The notes beneath the pieces are model-generated. The model had not been told where the DNA came from and did no database searches. It worked only from the letters and a program-made list of their open reading frames with translations. Source: an uncultured bacterium (GTDB lineage: Bacteria > Babelota > Babeliae > Babelales > Vermiphilaceae). Taken from it: 64,000 bases of DNA. The DNA lies in the NCBI GenBank assembly GCA_963702025.1, contig OY969699.1:544001-608000 (forward strand), in the 5' to 3' direction. Position numbers and translations under genes: made by a program. Positions 37,479-48,103 of the stretch are shown piece after piece; the stretch's first letter is position 1; each line of letters opens with the position of its first letter.

Positions 37479-39329
37479 CTATTTTCTATCTGAATCGCAG
37501 AGGGGGCAGGATTGATGGTGGTCCCTGGCCTTAAAAATAAGTAGAGAAAGGGCAGCTGGCGTAATCCCCGGAATAAGCGCAGCCTGGGCAATAGTGCCGG
37601 GTTTGTGTCGTTTGAGTTTCTCTTGCAACTCTTTGGAAAGCCCTGGCATTGCATCATAATTGAGGCAGGAGGGTAGAATCAGTTCTTTATAAGTTTGTGC
37701 TTTTTGAGCTTCTTTTGCTTCGCGAGCAAGATACGGCTCGTATCTAATTTCGGCATGGATTGTGAGAGCAGCGCGATCGGGGATATCTTTTTGAGTGACT
37801 TCTTTCACTTTGGCAACGTCACATTCCAGGTCGCCAAAAAGCTTAAGCAGTGTTGCATTGTTATTGCCCGCGCGCAATTCTTGCAACGTGGTATCTATTA
37901 ATTCTTTTTCAGACTTAAAGTCATCGTAGAGTGTTTGTTCAATGAGGCCTAAATTATACGCTCGATCAGTTAATCGTAAAAACGCGTTATCTTGCCGCAA
38001 GGAAAGTCTGCGTTCAGCGCGGGATGTAAACATGCGATATGGCTCGTCCACGCTGAGCGTTACTAGATCATCAACCATGACGCCGATATAGCCCTCGGTT
38101 CTTTCAATAATAAATGGTTCTTGGCCAGCTTGTTTAAGATGAGCATTAATCCCGGCAATGATACCTTGTCCTGCTGCTTCTTCATAACCGGTGGTGCCGT
38201 TTATTTGTCCGGCAAGAAAAAGCCCGGGAACAGTTTTAAGTTCCATGGTGTGTTTTAATTGATTGGGTAAAATAAAATCATATTCGATGGCGTATCCCGG
38301 ACGCGTAATGATTGCCTGTTCAAATCCTTTAATGGTTTGTACATATGCTTTTTGCACATCGTAGGGTAATGACGTTGAGATTCCATTCGGATAAATTTCT
38401 TCTGTTGATGCTCCTTCGGGCTCAACAAAAATATGGTGTGATGTTTTATCGGCAAATCGGCCGATTTTATCTTCAATGGAAGGGCAATAACGAGGACCAA
38501 TGCCTTGTATGTTGCCGCTATACATTGCTGAAAGATGTAGATTTTTTCTGATTATTTCATGTGTTTTTGCATTGGTGTGCGTGATGTAACAAGCATGGGA
38601 ACTATTTACTTTATGGGGATAAAACTCAAACAAATAGTTTAAGTTATCAGGTTGCTGATATTCAAGGGCAGAAAAATCGATTGATGATTTTAAAAGTCGT
38701 GGCGGTGTTCCGGTTTTAAGGCGCCCCATGCGAAGACCCAAACTATGTAACACTGCCGAAAGATTGGTAACCGCCTCTTCACCCTGACGGCCGGCCGAAT
38801 AATTTACCTGCCCGATGTGCACTTTACCATTCAAAAAAGTACCGGTGGTTAAAATAACGTTTGGGGCTAAAAATTCTGCACCGTCTCTAGTGATTACGCC
38901 ACGCACTTGGTTAGTTGCCGGATCACGCAGGATATCTTGCACCATGCCCATGCGCAGGGTGAGATTGGGCATAGTTTCTAAAACTTGTTTGCTGAGTTTG
39001 TTATAGGCATATTTATCGATTTGTAAACGCAAGCCATGAACTGCTGAACCCTTGCTGGTATTGAGCATGCGGGCTTGGATGTATGTTTTGGTGCATAATT
39101 TAGGCATTAAGCCGCCCAAAGCACTAATCTCATACACAATATGCCCTTTGCCCACACCGCCAATAGCGGGGTTGCAGGGCATGAGCCCAATAGTATCGAG
39201 ATTGAGGGTGATCATGAGAGTTTTTGAGCCCATCTTGGCAGCGGCATGAGCGGCTTCTATACCCGCGTGCCCGCCTCCAACAACAATAACATCAAAATCG
39301 TGCGAAAAACTGTTTGCCATAACAACCAT
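37479..39329 (-). CDS. mnmG: tRNA uridine-5-carboxymethylaminomethyl synthesis enzyme MnmG
   Basis: GGGHAG, MPCNPAIGG, RLKTGTPPR, GPRYCPSIEDK and GTTGYEEAAGQG motifs. Confidence 0.97.
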   Translation of the reverse strand: MVVMANSFSHDFDVIVVGGGHAGIEAAHAAAKMGSKTLMITLNLDTIGLMPCNPAIGGVGKGHIVYEISALGGLMPKLCTKTYIQARMLNTSKGSAVHGLRLQIDKYAYNKLSKQVLETMPNLTLRMGMVQDILRDPATNQVRGVITRDGAEFLAPNVILTTGTFLNGKVHIGQVNYSAGRQGEEAVTNLSAVLHSLGLRMGRLKTGTPPRLLKSSIDFSALEYQQPDNLNYLFEFYPHKVNSSHACYITHTNAKTHEIIRKNLHLSAMYSGNIQGIGPRYCPSIEDKIGRFADKTSHHIFVEPEGASTEEIYPNGISTSLPYDVQKAYVQTIKGFEQAIITRPGYAIEYDFILPNQLKHTMELKTVPGLFLAGQINGTTGYEEAAGQGIIAGINAHLKQAGQEPFIIERTEGYIGVMVDDLVTLSVDEPYRMFTSRAERRLSLRQDNAFLRLTDRAYNLGLIEQTLYDDFKSEKELIDTTLQELRAGNNNATLLKLFGDLECDVAKVKEVTQKDIPDRAALTIHAEIRYEPYLAREAKEAQKAQTYKELILPSCLNYDAMPGLSKELQEKLKRHKPGTIAQAALIPGITPAALSLLIFKARDHHQSCPLCDSDRK

Positions 39330-39429
39330 TTAAGGAGCTTTTAACAATTAAAAAAAGATTACCAGATGCACACAGCACCTGGTAATTAAGTTTATGTGAG
39401 TTTATAGTATTCAGCAAGAGTTTAAGAGC

Positions 39430-40059
39430 TTAACTACGGCTCTGCCAGAATTGAGACCAATTTTCACGCTCCTTGAGCAAAGACTCAAGAATTTCTTCAT
39501 GGCCATTTGGCTCTGCAAGTACATATTCTTGTTCCAATCGTTGAAAATGCTGTTGCGCGGCTTGCCCTGTTTGCTTCATGCAATTGCCATGAAAAATATA
39601 GGTGCCATCAGAATTTTTATAGGCGCTTTGTGCCAACCATGGATTGCGTGGATAGGTTTTGTGGAACGATTGGCTTTCTTTTGTTTGATATTTTATTAAT
39701 GCGGCGCCATCTTTTGTTTTAACTGCCGTTATCTCTTTGCTGGTATTATTTTCCGGTGATGACGCAGGAGAAATTGTTTTTACCAGGTCCATTCTCACGA
39801 CATATGGCTGCTTATCGATTATTGCCAGTAGGTCATCCAATGTATAATTTGTTTGCGCGGATATATCCCAAAGATTTGTTGTAGGATTAAATGTTGATTT
39901 GATGGTCTCAATGTTATCTAATTTTTTCCACGCTTCAATATCATTAACCAATACACGAAATCTTTGTTTTTCCCAGGGGATATAAGCGGGGGGCGGGTAA
40001 TCGGCTATGAGTGGAGTTATCAAAAACAGTATGAGTGAATAGGTAAGAATATTTTTCAT
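39430..40059 (-). CDS. Secreted hypothetical protein
   Basis: Signal peptide, GAGG RBS. Confidence 0.65.
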   Translation of the reverse strand: MKNILTYSLILFLITPLIADYPPPAYIPWEKQRFRVLVNDIEAWKKLDNIETIKSTFNPTTNLWDISAQTNYTLDDLLAIIDKQPYVVRMDLVKTISPASSPENNTSKEITAVKTKDGAALIKYQTKESQSFHKTYPRNPWLAQSAYKNSDGTYIFHGNCMKQTGQAAQQHFQRLEQEYVLAEPNGHEEILESLLKERENWSQFWQSRS

Positions 40060-40092
40060 ATTTTAACCTCAAATTTATTGATCGTAATAAGG

Positions 40093-40126
40093 TTGTCAGA
40101 TGCGAATATTGAATCGCATCTGACAA
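40093..40126. terminator. Hairpin, possible terminator or operator
   Basis: TTGTCAGATGCGA-atattgaa-TCGCATCTGACAA 13-bp perfect inverted repeat. Confidence 0.5.
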
Positions 40127-40189
40127 TATATTTCAAAAAAGTGTTCAAGATGATGCTTCAAAGCTACTTTTGGTAACCTCGATTTCCCC

Positions 40190-40900
40190 TTAGAGCGTTT
40201 TGAGCTTATTGGTGATTGCCGTTAAAGCGGCAAGTTTATCAAAAGCGGGCGGGTTGCTTTTAATATCTTTAATGAGCTTTTTAAGCCCTTCAACTTCTTC
40301 TTTAACTCGCACACCTTGTGCCGGAGTGATAAAGTTAGAAAGGGTGATTATTTTATTCTCAAGATCGGTTAAAGCTTTCGGTGAGGTTAAGCTTGAGAAT
40401 TGTTTTAACTTGTCAATAAACTTTGGTGCCTTTTTGGCATCAGGTGATGTTCTATGCTTATCAAGCAATTCAACAAGCTTTTCCATCTCCTCATACATTT
40501 CCTTGGCGAGTTTATAGGTCCCTTCCAACAATTTATGAAATGGTGAGTTGGGTTGGTTGGCTTGGATAATTTCAAGCTTTCTGCGTAAAGGTTTTAGGAT
40601 TTTGATTTCTAGGATAATGAGCCGATCTTTGCAGCGCTTGAGATAGGCCATATAGGTTTCTTTGCTGTTTTTATCAACAAAGCTGTCGATCAGATTGATG
40701 ACAGATTTTACCGCATCTTCTTTGACGCGCATAACTATGAACTCGAAAAATCGATTATCGTCAAGTGACATCAAATTATCAAGGTCATCACTGTTTTGAT
40801 GGTGAGAATCGGGGACTGCTACTAACTGATTTTGGCTGCCCAAACATACCAAACCAGCTGCGAGCATTACTACTTTGAGTTTCAATGTATCTGTTTTCAT
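40190..40900 (-). CDS. Secreted helical hypothetical protein
   Basis: Signal peptide, Lys/Leu-rich helical composition. Confidence 0.65.
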   Translation of the reverse strand: MKTDTLKLKVVMLAAGLVCLGSQNQLVAVPDSHHQNSDDLDNLMSLDDNRFFEFIVMRVKEDAVKSVINLIDSFVDKNSKETYMAYLKRCKDRLIILEIKILKPLRRKLEIIQANQPNSPFHKLLEGTYKLAKEMYEEMEKLVELLDKHRTSPDAKKAPKFIDKLKQFSSLTSPKALTDLENKIITLSNFITPAQGVRVKEEVEGLKKLIKDIKSNPPAFDKLAALTAITNKLKTL

Positions 40901-41088
40901 GTCAAAACCTCTTTGTCTATAGGTTTAATGGTTTTTTAGACATATTTCATCTTGACAATATTAAGTCTAGACGAGCCTTTTTTTTAGTCAAATGGGTGGT
41001 CAATATATTGATTTACTCGAGATATTGGTTATTCTGGGGAAGTTCGGTTAAAAGACCTTAAACCCATGCTGACATTTTAGGATTGCTT

Positions 41089-42153
41089 ATGTTTTATTTT
41101 TTATCAACATACCTTAAAGATACTCTATTTTTTGCAAATGTATTCCATTATACCAGTTTTCGAGCGATTGCAGCATTTTTAACAGCTCTTTTGGTTGCCC
41201 TTATCTTTGGTGACAGGTTCATTCGGTATTCAGGAACCCTTTTTTTCTCTGGACCCAGAGAGTTCACCCCCGAGACTCATCAAACAAAAAACAAGGTGCC
41301 AACGATGGGCGGAATATTTATTATTGCCTCATTCCTGGTTGCCATAGCCTTCTGGGCAGATTGGGCCAATCCGTTAGTATGGGCTTTTGTGCTTTGCATG
41401 ACAGGGTTCGGGGCTATTGGGTTTTGGGATGATTGGAAAAAAATTACGCAAGGAAAAGGAGTTTCGGCATTTCAGAAGTTTATCGCTCAATGGTCAATGG
41501 CGGCGCTCGTTTGTCTGGTTTGGATCTATTATGGCCATGCACAGACTACCATATCATTTCCCTTTTTTAAGCACATGAACATTGATATTGGGTTATTTTT
41601 TATCCTCTGGGCCATGTTTGTCATAGTGAGCTGCAGCAATGCGGTTAATTTGACTGATGGACTTGATGGGCTTGCTATCAGCTGCTTAATGCCCAATATT
41701 CTTCTATATTCACTTCTTGCATATTTAGCAGGACATTTTATAATTGCGCTTTATCTGCATATTCCCTTTGCTCAAAGCAGTGAAGTTGCTGTTCTTGGGG
41801 CTGCTTTGATAGGTTCAGCTTTTGGTTTTTTTTGGTACAATGCCTACCCTGCCCAAGTATTTATGGGGGACGTTGGTTCGCTCTCGCTGGGTGCCTGCCT
41901 AGCATTGATGGCACTGATGGCAAAGCAAGAAGTGCTACTTGTTATTTCTGGCGGCATTTTTATTGCCGAAACAGTTTCAGTGATGCTGCAAATATTCACT
42001 TATAAACGTTGGAAGAAAAGAATATTTAAAATGGCTCCGTTGCATCACCATTTTGAGTTGATAGGATGGCCCGAATCAAAAATAACTACTCGTTTTAGCA
42101 TTATTTCTGTGGTGCTTTGTTTACTTGCTTTGGTCACCATCAAGCTCAGGTAA
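41089..42153 (+). CDS. mraY: Phospho-N-acetylmuramoyl-pentapeptide transferase
   Basis: PTMGG, NAVNLTDGLDGL, FMGDVGS and MAPLHHHFEL motifs. Confidence 0.97.
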   Translation: MFYFLSTYLKDTLFFANVFHYTSFRAIAAFLTALLVALIFGDRFIRYSGTLFFSGPREFTPETHQTKNKVPTMGGIFIIASFLVAIAFWADWANPLVWAFVLCMTGFGAIGFWDDWKKITQGKGVSAFQKFIAQWSMAALVCLVWIYYGHAQTTISFPFFKHMNIDIGLFFILWAMFVIVSCSNAVNLTDGLDGLAISCLMPNILLYSLLAYLAGHFIIALYLHIPFAQSSEVAVLGAALIGSAFGFFWYNAYPAQVFMGDVGSLSLGACLALMALMAKQEVLLVISGGIFIAETVSVMLQIFTYKRWKKRIFKMAPLHHHFELIGWPESKITTRFSIISVVLCLLALVTIKLR

Positions 42154-42765
42154 TTTTGATGTATAAAATAGTATTTTATGAAGTTGCTTGGCACAGACAT
42201 AAAGATGCGCCGCTTGAGGCATCTGTGCTATGGCTAAGATGTCTTGATAGGTAAGATTATCATTATTCTGCGCATCAGCGGGTATCCCAAAATCCTTTAA
42301 GTATTCTATTAATTCTTTATTTTCCAGACTTGCTGCTTCATGAAGTAATGTGTTGTTGTACATATCGGTGAGACTAAAGTCGGCATCATATTGTTTTAAT
42401 AATTCCAGCATGGCCAGTGTATTATCATTATTTGCCTGGACGGCTTTATGCGCTGCGGTTTTTCCATACCAATTTTGCACATTGGCCGGAGCGCCTGCCT
42501 GTAGCAAGATTTCTGCGGCCTTAAGATTGCCACAAAATGCAGCTCGGTGAAGGGCATTATTCCCGCACTCATCACCATGATAAAGTGTAAAATTGGTTTG
42601 ACACAATCGCGCAATAACTTCTCCCTCCATATCATGCTGGGCCAAAAAATAGAGACGATTGCGGCGGTATTCTTGAGAACGTTTTTTTGATACAGCAAGT
42701 TGATTCATTGCCACTACATTGCTGCCATAGAGAACAAGTAACACGGTCCATTTTAATGATTTCAT
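42121..42765 (-). CDS. Secreted ankyrin-repeat protein
   Basis: VVA-MNQ, GNNALHRAA, GKTAAHKA and NTLLHEAA. Confidence 0.85.
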   Translation of the reverse strand: MKSLKWTVLLVLYGSNVVAMNQLAVSKKRSQEYRRNRLYFLAQHDMEGEVIARLCQTNFTLYHGDECGNNALHRAAFCGNLKAAEILLQAGAPANVQNWYGKTAAHKAVQANNDNTLAMLELLKQYDADFSLTDMYNNTLLHEAASLENKELIEYLKDFGIPADAQNNDNLTYQDILAIAQMPQAAHLYVCAKQLHKILFYTSKLPELDGDQSK

Positions 42766-42785
42766 TGGTCTCTTTGATAAAGAGG

Positions 42786-44081
42786 TTAAGATTTGTTATT
42801 AGTGTAAATCAAAAGACCAAAAAGAAGTAAAGTGCCAAAACCAATCAGCGGTAAAATGCCTGTTAACAATAAGCTTCTTATGCAAAAAGCAATAAAAAGG
42901 GTGCAACTTGCAAGTGCTGCCCAGGGTATTAATTGTTTTTTTAAAGTGGAATGATTTTTTCTATACGCATAGACAAGTGCAACCACGCTGAGGGTATAGG
43001 TGATGGTTGTCCCCAGAGCTGCCAACGGTTGTAAAATGAGTTGGTTGCCGGCAGTAGTTATCAAATAGAGAATGCAAAACGCCCATTCGGCAAATAAGCA
43101 AAGATAGGGAATGGCATGTTTATTGAGCCGTGTGAATAATTGCCATCCACGCATTATTTTGTGATTGGCCAAGATGTAAAGATTCCAGTTGTTGCTGTAT
43201 AAAATGCCATAACAGCCACCCAGCGCAGAAGAGGCAATTGCAAGATGGAAGAATGCCTGAAATTTTAAAGCAAGCCCGGGGCTTGCAGGGAATAATTTTG
43301 CAAGAAGGGCAGGAAATGCGCACAAATAACTTGCTTGTTGGGCCAGCGTGTTGCCCAAAGAAGTATAAAAGAGAAACTGAAAGAGAAACACGAGCGCCAT
43401 CATGATGGCAAATGAGATAATCACGGCACGCGGACCGTTTTTTTGCCCGTCTTGAATTTTGTTGCTCAAGGCGCAGGTGGCCTCAAAGCCTGTTGCCGCG
43501 TAGAGTACAAAAGGCAAGCTGCCGGGAATGCCATCCCATAGAATTGGAAGTGAAATAATTTCTGACGGAGAAAACAGTAAAATGCCTGCCCCGATTACAA
43601 AAAGTACCGGAATTAATTTAAATCCTAAAAACCCAAACTGGATGCGGCTGCCCGTTTGCATATTCAAAAGATTGAGGCAAATAAATAATGTTAAAATTAA
43701 GATATCGTAAAATAATACTGGGCCCAAAGAAAGTAGTGCCGGAAAGATTTGTGTCAGTAATGACATTGAGACATGGATCATTAAGCTGGCCGAGGCGAGC
43801 TTTGCAATAAAATAACTCCAAGTGCTCACAAAGCCCACAAAGGGATTAATTTCTTTTTGCCCAAAAACGTAAAAACCTCCCGATGGATGCAACTCAATTA
43901 AACGGGAGATAGCAATAATGAGTGGCAAAATTAAAAGACCAACAAGCGGATACATAAAACCACTGAGTAAACCGGTTCGCTTGGCAAGCTCTACGGTATT
44001 AATAAAAATACCGCCGCCCATCATAATATTAACGTTAATAAGTATTGCTGTGGGAAGAGATAGTTTCTTTTCAGTGGTCAT
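42786..44081 (-). CDS. APC-family amino acid permease
   Basis: About 12 TM segments. NIMMGGGIF, GGFYVF and GFE motifs. Confidence 0.85.
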   Translation of the reverse strand: MTTEKKLSLPTAILINVNIMMGGGIFINTVELAKRTGLLSGFMYPLVGLLILPLIIAISRLIELHPSGGFYVFGQKEINPFVGFVSTWSYFIAKLASASLMIHVSMSLLTQIFPALLSLGPVLFYDILILTLFICLNLLNMQTGSRIQFGFLGFKLIPVLFVIGAGILLFSPSEIISLPILWDGIPGSLPFVLYAATGFEATCALSNKIQDGQKNGPRAVIISFAIMMALVFLFQFLFYTSLGNTLAQQASYLCAFPALLAKLFPASPGLALKFQAFFHLAIASSALGGCYGILYSNNWNLYILANHKIMRGWQLFTRLNKHAIPYLCLFAEWAFCILYLITTAGNQLILQPLAALGTTITYTLSVVALVYAYRKNHSTLKKQLIPWAALASCTLFIAFCIRSLLLTGILPLIGFGTLLLFGLLIYTNNKS

Positions 44082-44146
44082 AGGTTTGCTTTCTTTATTT
44101 GAATTCAATGCAATAATGCCAGCATAGCAAAAAGTGCGGAGTTACA

Positions 44147-44902
44147 TCAAATGCAAAACGTAAGATACAATCCCAATGAACCGGCAACGGCAGCATTAAG
44201 GCTTTCTGCGTGGCCAGGCATTGGTATTGTCATAAAACCATTGCAATCGCGTAACCAATCTTTGGGAATACCGGTGGCTTCATTGCCTACAACCAATAAA
44301 ATATTTTTATTTTCAATCTCTTGCGGGGATTTGCCACCTTTGACCACGAGCGCATAGAGTTGGAAATCTTTTTTCCATTTTAATAGTGCCGGCCATGTTG
44401 GCGTTAATATGTTTACACTGCCAATCATTCCAGCGCTTGCTTGTACCACTTTGGGGCTCCAGATATCGGCACCGTCAACAATTACTACGCTTTTCACATT
44501 GAGTGCTGCGCAGCTACGAATCAGTGTGCCCATGTTGCCCGGATCGGTAATATTTGCCATCACCAAGCCCGCAGTTAATTCTGAAAATGATGGTTGTGAA
44601 GGGATCTCAAAGACCGCTAAGATGCCACTTGGTGTGGTTGCCGCGCTCATCTTTTGCATTACGTGGTCTTCGACGATCGTAATAAAATAGTTTTTAACAA
44701 ATTCTTGTACTTCTTCCAGATGTTCTTGGGTGGTATACATCTGCACCAATTTCATGCCTGATTTTGCCAGCGTGGAACAGGTGCGCAATCCTTCCGCGAT
44801 AAATCGCTTTTGCTCTTCACGGGCTTGTTTATCTTTTAGTGCTGCTACAAGTTTTATTTCTTCATTAGTTCGGGAGGTGATTGTTTTTATTGGCGTTGAC
44901 AT
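44147..44902 (-). CDS. TrmH/SpoU family RNA methyltransferase
   Basis: DPGNMGTLIRS, GNEATGI and ESLNAAVAG motifs. Confidence 0.92.
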   Translation of the reverse strand: MSTPIKTITSRTNEEIKLVAALKDKQAREEQKRFIAEGLRTCSTLAKSGMKLVQMYTTQEHLEEVQEFVKNYFITIVEDHVMQKMSAATTPSGILAVFEIPSQPSFSELTAGLVMANITDPGNMGTLIRSCAALNVKSVVIVDGADIWSPKVVQASAGMIGSVNILTPTWPALLKWKKDFQLYALVVKGGKSPQEIENKNILLVVGNEATGIPKDWLRDCNGFMTIPMPGHAESLNAAVAGSLGLYLTFCI

Positions 44903-44905
44903 AGT

Positions 44906-46036
44906 TTATATCTCATTATTAAGAATTTTTTGGCGGTAACCTGCCATTAATTGGACCATAAAATGAATGTTGTGAATGCTCGCTAAGCTATAACCGGTCA
45001 TCTCATTTGCTTTAAAAAGGTGATGCAGGTATGCGCGGGTATATTTTTGGCACACCATACAGCTGCAAGTGCGATCGATCGGTTCAAAGGAGGTGCGATT
45101 GGCGCTATTGAGTATTTTCATGTTGCCGGTATTGGTAAATAATAATCCATGGCGAGCACAGCGAGTTGGGTGCGAACTATCAAAAGTATCAATGCCCAGT
45201 TCGATGCATGTTTGCAAAGATTCTAAATCGCCAATCCCTAACAAATGATTGGGTTTATCAGTAGGGATTTGGGGCATAAGGTGCTTAAGCATTTCAAACA
45301 TCTGTTCTCTTGTTTTGCCGAGTGAACCTCCAATAGCAAAACCATCAAAGGGAAGGCTAGTGAGGTATTGGGCACTTTTTGAACGTAAAACCGGATCAAT
45401 GCCGCCATGAATAACAGCATACATAGCCTGATTATTGGGATTTGCCAAATGGGCATCGAGGGAACGCTTTTCCCAGCGATGGGTGCGTTCTAAGGATTCA
45501 ACAAGGGCTTTTTTATCAATGTGATAGGGGGGCAATTCATCAAAAGGAATGATTATATCTGCTCCTAGATCTTTTTGTGCCTGTACTGAAGTTTCGGGGG
45601 TTAATAGTACTTTTTGACCATCCCTATAGGATCGAAAAAGGACTCCTTCTTCAGTAATCTTTAATACATTCGTATCTGTCTTCTTTTTGCCCTTGCTTTT
45701 GAGTTCATCCTTAACTGTGCCATAGGCAAGACTAAAAACCTGAAATCCACCCGAATCAGTGATAATTGGAGCATTTCTATTGATAAATTTATGCAGGCCC
45801 CCTGCATTTTTTATTATCTGGCTACCGGGTTGGAGCATCAAATGATAGGTATTGCAAAACATGAGCTGCAGGCCCAAAGAATCGGTCATATGAGTGTCTA
45901 CCCCTTTTAGGGTGCCATTAGTGCCCACTCCGACGAAATTTGGGGTATCTATGACCCCATGGGGGGTATGGATCCGCCCAACGCGGGCTCTTGATTTACG
46001 AGATTGATGAATGAGTTCAAAGCGAAATTGGTTCAT
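44906..46036 (-). CDS. tgt: tRNA-guanine transglycosylase, likely queuine-inserting variant
   Basis: NTYHL, TDSGGFQVFSL, HLLGIG, and CSCMVC...H zinc site. Confidence 0.95.
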   Translation of the reverse strand: MNQFRFELIHQSRKSRARVGRIHTPHGVIDTPNFVGVGTNGTLKGVDTHMTDSLGLQLMFCNTYHLMLQPGSQIIKNAGGLHKFINRNAPIITDSGGFQVFSLAYGTVKDELKSKGKKKTDTNVLKITEEGVLFRSYRDGQKVLLTPETSVQAQKDLGADIIIPFDELPPYHIDKKALVESLERTHRWEKRSLDAHLANPNNQAMYAVIHGGIDPVLRSKSAQYLTSLPFDGFAIGGSLGKTREQMFEMLKHLMPQIPTDKPNHLLGIGDLESLQTCIELGIDTFDSSHPTRCARHGLLFTNTGNMKILNSANRTSFEPIDRTCSCMVCQKYTRAYLHHLFKANEMTGYSLASIHNIHFMVQLMAGYRQKILNNEI

Positions 46037-46106
46037 ATTTTTACCTAAAAATGGCTATTTTACTAGTATAGCAGCTAACAGGTTATACAAAAAGCCATTT
46101 TTAATG

Positions 46107-46134
46107 TTGACAAATAGAAATTAATAGATAGAAT
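46107..46134 (+). promoter_or_regulatory. Putative sigma70 promoter
   Basis: TTGACA-16 nt-TAGAAT upstream of 46179. Confidence 0.45.
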
Positions 46135-46178
46135 TAAAGTTGAATAAATAGTTTTATTAATCAGAAATGGAGGAATTT

Positions 46179-47246
46179 ATGAATAAAATTAGTAAGTTAT
46201 TACTTATTTCAGTATTAGGTTCATTATCGCTACACGCGATGGAACAAGATGCATTTAAAAATTGGGTCAATAAAAAAAGAAAAGAAGTAACCCTTGCTGC
46301 TCCAAAGTCATTATTAACAAATGATCAGATATATAAAGAAGCTGAACAAAATGAGCACGCTGTGGCTATCATTAATGCAACAACACAAAGAAGTGCCAAA
46401 AGAACAAGAAAGTTTGCTCAAAGCGATCCGGGATCAGCAAAAAATATGATGACTTTTATTAACCAAAAACAAAAAAGTGTTGATTTTGAAGATCCTGAAT
46501 TGAATCGATTTGCAGCAGTCGTTGCTTTAACGGAATTTGCTAAGCCATCAAATGATTTAGTTCTTGCTATGTTGGAATATGCTAAGCTGGAAGAATCTAA
46601 AACTAATAATAAACCAATCGAAAAAACCGATGAAATCTCGGATAGTGAACCAGTCCAAGAGAGTAATGCGATCCCGGTTAAGGTAGCCGCACAAAATAGG
46701 TCGCCAGTTGTTGAAAAAGATGGTGATGAGATCATGAGCGTAATATCTGATGAAGAAGCGCCACTCTACGATTTTAGTAACTATGATGAAGATTTATTCA
46801 CTGCAGTTCCAACGATAGCAGAACCAAATTTTGCGGCGGAAATTGCTCAAATTGAAGAGATCAATCAAATCAAAGAAGCATCTCCAGTTAAGGCGGAAAT
46901 TGAGTTAGTTCTAGCTCCTATAGAAGCGATTGCACTAAATCCTCTTGAAGTTGCTCCTCGTCAGAAGCAAACTATTTCTCCAGCTGCTTTAGTTCAAAAT
47001 CCTATTGAAGAGATAGCGCCAAGCCCTTTTGAAGTTATAGCACCAAGACGACCTTTTCAAGGTGAAATTGACACATTTAATCAGGCATTGAAAAAACATT
47101 GCAGACTTAAAGGGAAAGAATTGCTTGATGCTCTTGCGAGTGAAATAACCTTGAATGATCCGACATCTTTCTTAAGTGTTGCACAGGCAATCAATTCGAA
47201 AGAGGCTGTTGATTTTGCACAGTATTGTATAGCAAAACAAAAATAA
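46179..47246 (+). CDS. Secreted hypothetical protein
   Basis: GGAGG RBS, signal peptide LHA-MEQD, acidic/Pro-rich central region. Confidence 0.7.
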   Translation: MNKISKLLLISVLGSLSLHAMEQDAFKNWVNKKRKEVTLAAPKSLLTNDQIYKEAEQNEHAVAIINATTQRSAKRTRKFAQSDPGSAKNMMTFINQKQKSVDFEDPELNRFAAVVALTEFAKPSNDLVLAMLEYAKLEESKTNNKPIEKTDEISDSEPVQESNAIPVKVAAQNRSPVVEKDGDEIMSVISDEEAPLYDFSNYDEDLFTAVPTIAEPNFAAEIAQIEEINQIKEASPVKAEIELVLAPIEAIALNPLEVAPRQKQTISPAALVQNPIEEIAPSPFEVIAPRRPFQGEIDTFNQALKKHCRLKGKELLDALASEITLNDPTSFLSVAQAINSKEAVDFAQYCIAKQK

Positions 47247-47287
47247 GCTTAAAAGCTGATAAGTTAGCTATTTTTAATCAATAAAAT

Positions 47288-47356
47288 GGTTCGACAAGCT
47301 CACCACGAACGGTTTAAAGTTTCTTTATCCCCGTTCGTCCTGAGCTTGTCGAAGGA
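47288..47356. repeat. Palindromic repeat doublet, short form
   Basis: TGGTTCGACAAGCTCACCACGAACGG ... CCGTTCGTCCTGAGCTTGTCGAAGGA. Confidence 0.85.
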
Positions 47357-47527
47357 TCTTTCTACCCCCTGGGCGCCAGGTATGCTCCAGGGGTAGATTC
47401 TTCTTATAGGAAACTTTCTTCGTAAAACCATTGATTATAAAGGCTTTTTTGTCTTATAATTAAATTACAGATAGAAATATATCATGGTGGTATATAGCTA
47501 CAGGATTCTGTAAAAAAGGAGAATATT

Positions 47528-48058
47528 ATGAAGAATATAAATATTTTATCAGTATTATTAGTGCTGGGCCTTTCAATGGGGCAAATGAATGCTGGTATTG
47601 CCGATTATTTTGGTTTAACAGATAATACCGCTAACACCGCAGCAGTTACTGCACCTTCGACTGCAGTAATGCCGCAAACAGACAGTCAAGCTGCTTTGAA
47701 TACCATTCAAAAAAACGTGCCGGTCATTCTTGAACAAGCGAAATTAATTGTTGCTGGCATTCAAAAATTGGCTGATACGGCGGCAACGGGTGGATTTTGG
47801 AGTTCATTAAAAACAGCTGTTAGTGATACTACTACTCGTGGTGCACTTACTACATTAATAAGCACCCTTGCAGCTACTGTTCCAGCAGTTACTACTATAG
47901 CTACGGCTGACCAAAGTATTAAAACAAAAGCATTTGCTGCATTGTCTGCTTTAAAGAATGACCCGAACGTTCAAAAGCTTTTAGAACAACTTCAACAATT
48001 GCCATTTGGTGGCAGCACGATATCTAGTGAACTTCAACAAGTAATGAACCCGAAATAA
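47528..48058 (+). CDS. Secreted Ala/Thr-rich hypothetical protein
   Basis: AGGAG RBS, signal peptide. Confidence 0.7.
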   Translation: MKNINILSVLLVLGLSMGQMNAGIADYFGLTDNTANTAAVTAPSTAVMPQTDSQAALNTIQKNVPVILEQAKLIVAGIQKLADTAATGGFWSSLKTAVSDTTTRGALTTLISTLAATVPAVTTIATADQSIKTKAFAALSALKNDPNVQKLLEQLQQLPFGGSTISSELQQVMNPK

Positions 48059-48103
48059 TCTCCAGGTAGGACAAGGTAAAAATAGGGCAGGTAATATCCT
48101 GCC

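Noticed and set aside
47361..47397. Hairpin TCTACCCC..GGGGTAGA as a distinct repeat or ncRNA
   Set aside because: Single copy in the window, most simply a terminator-like stem next to the repeat doublet.
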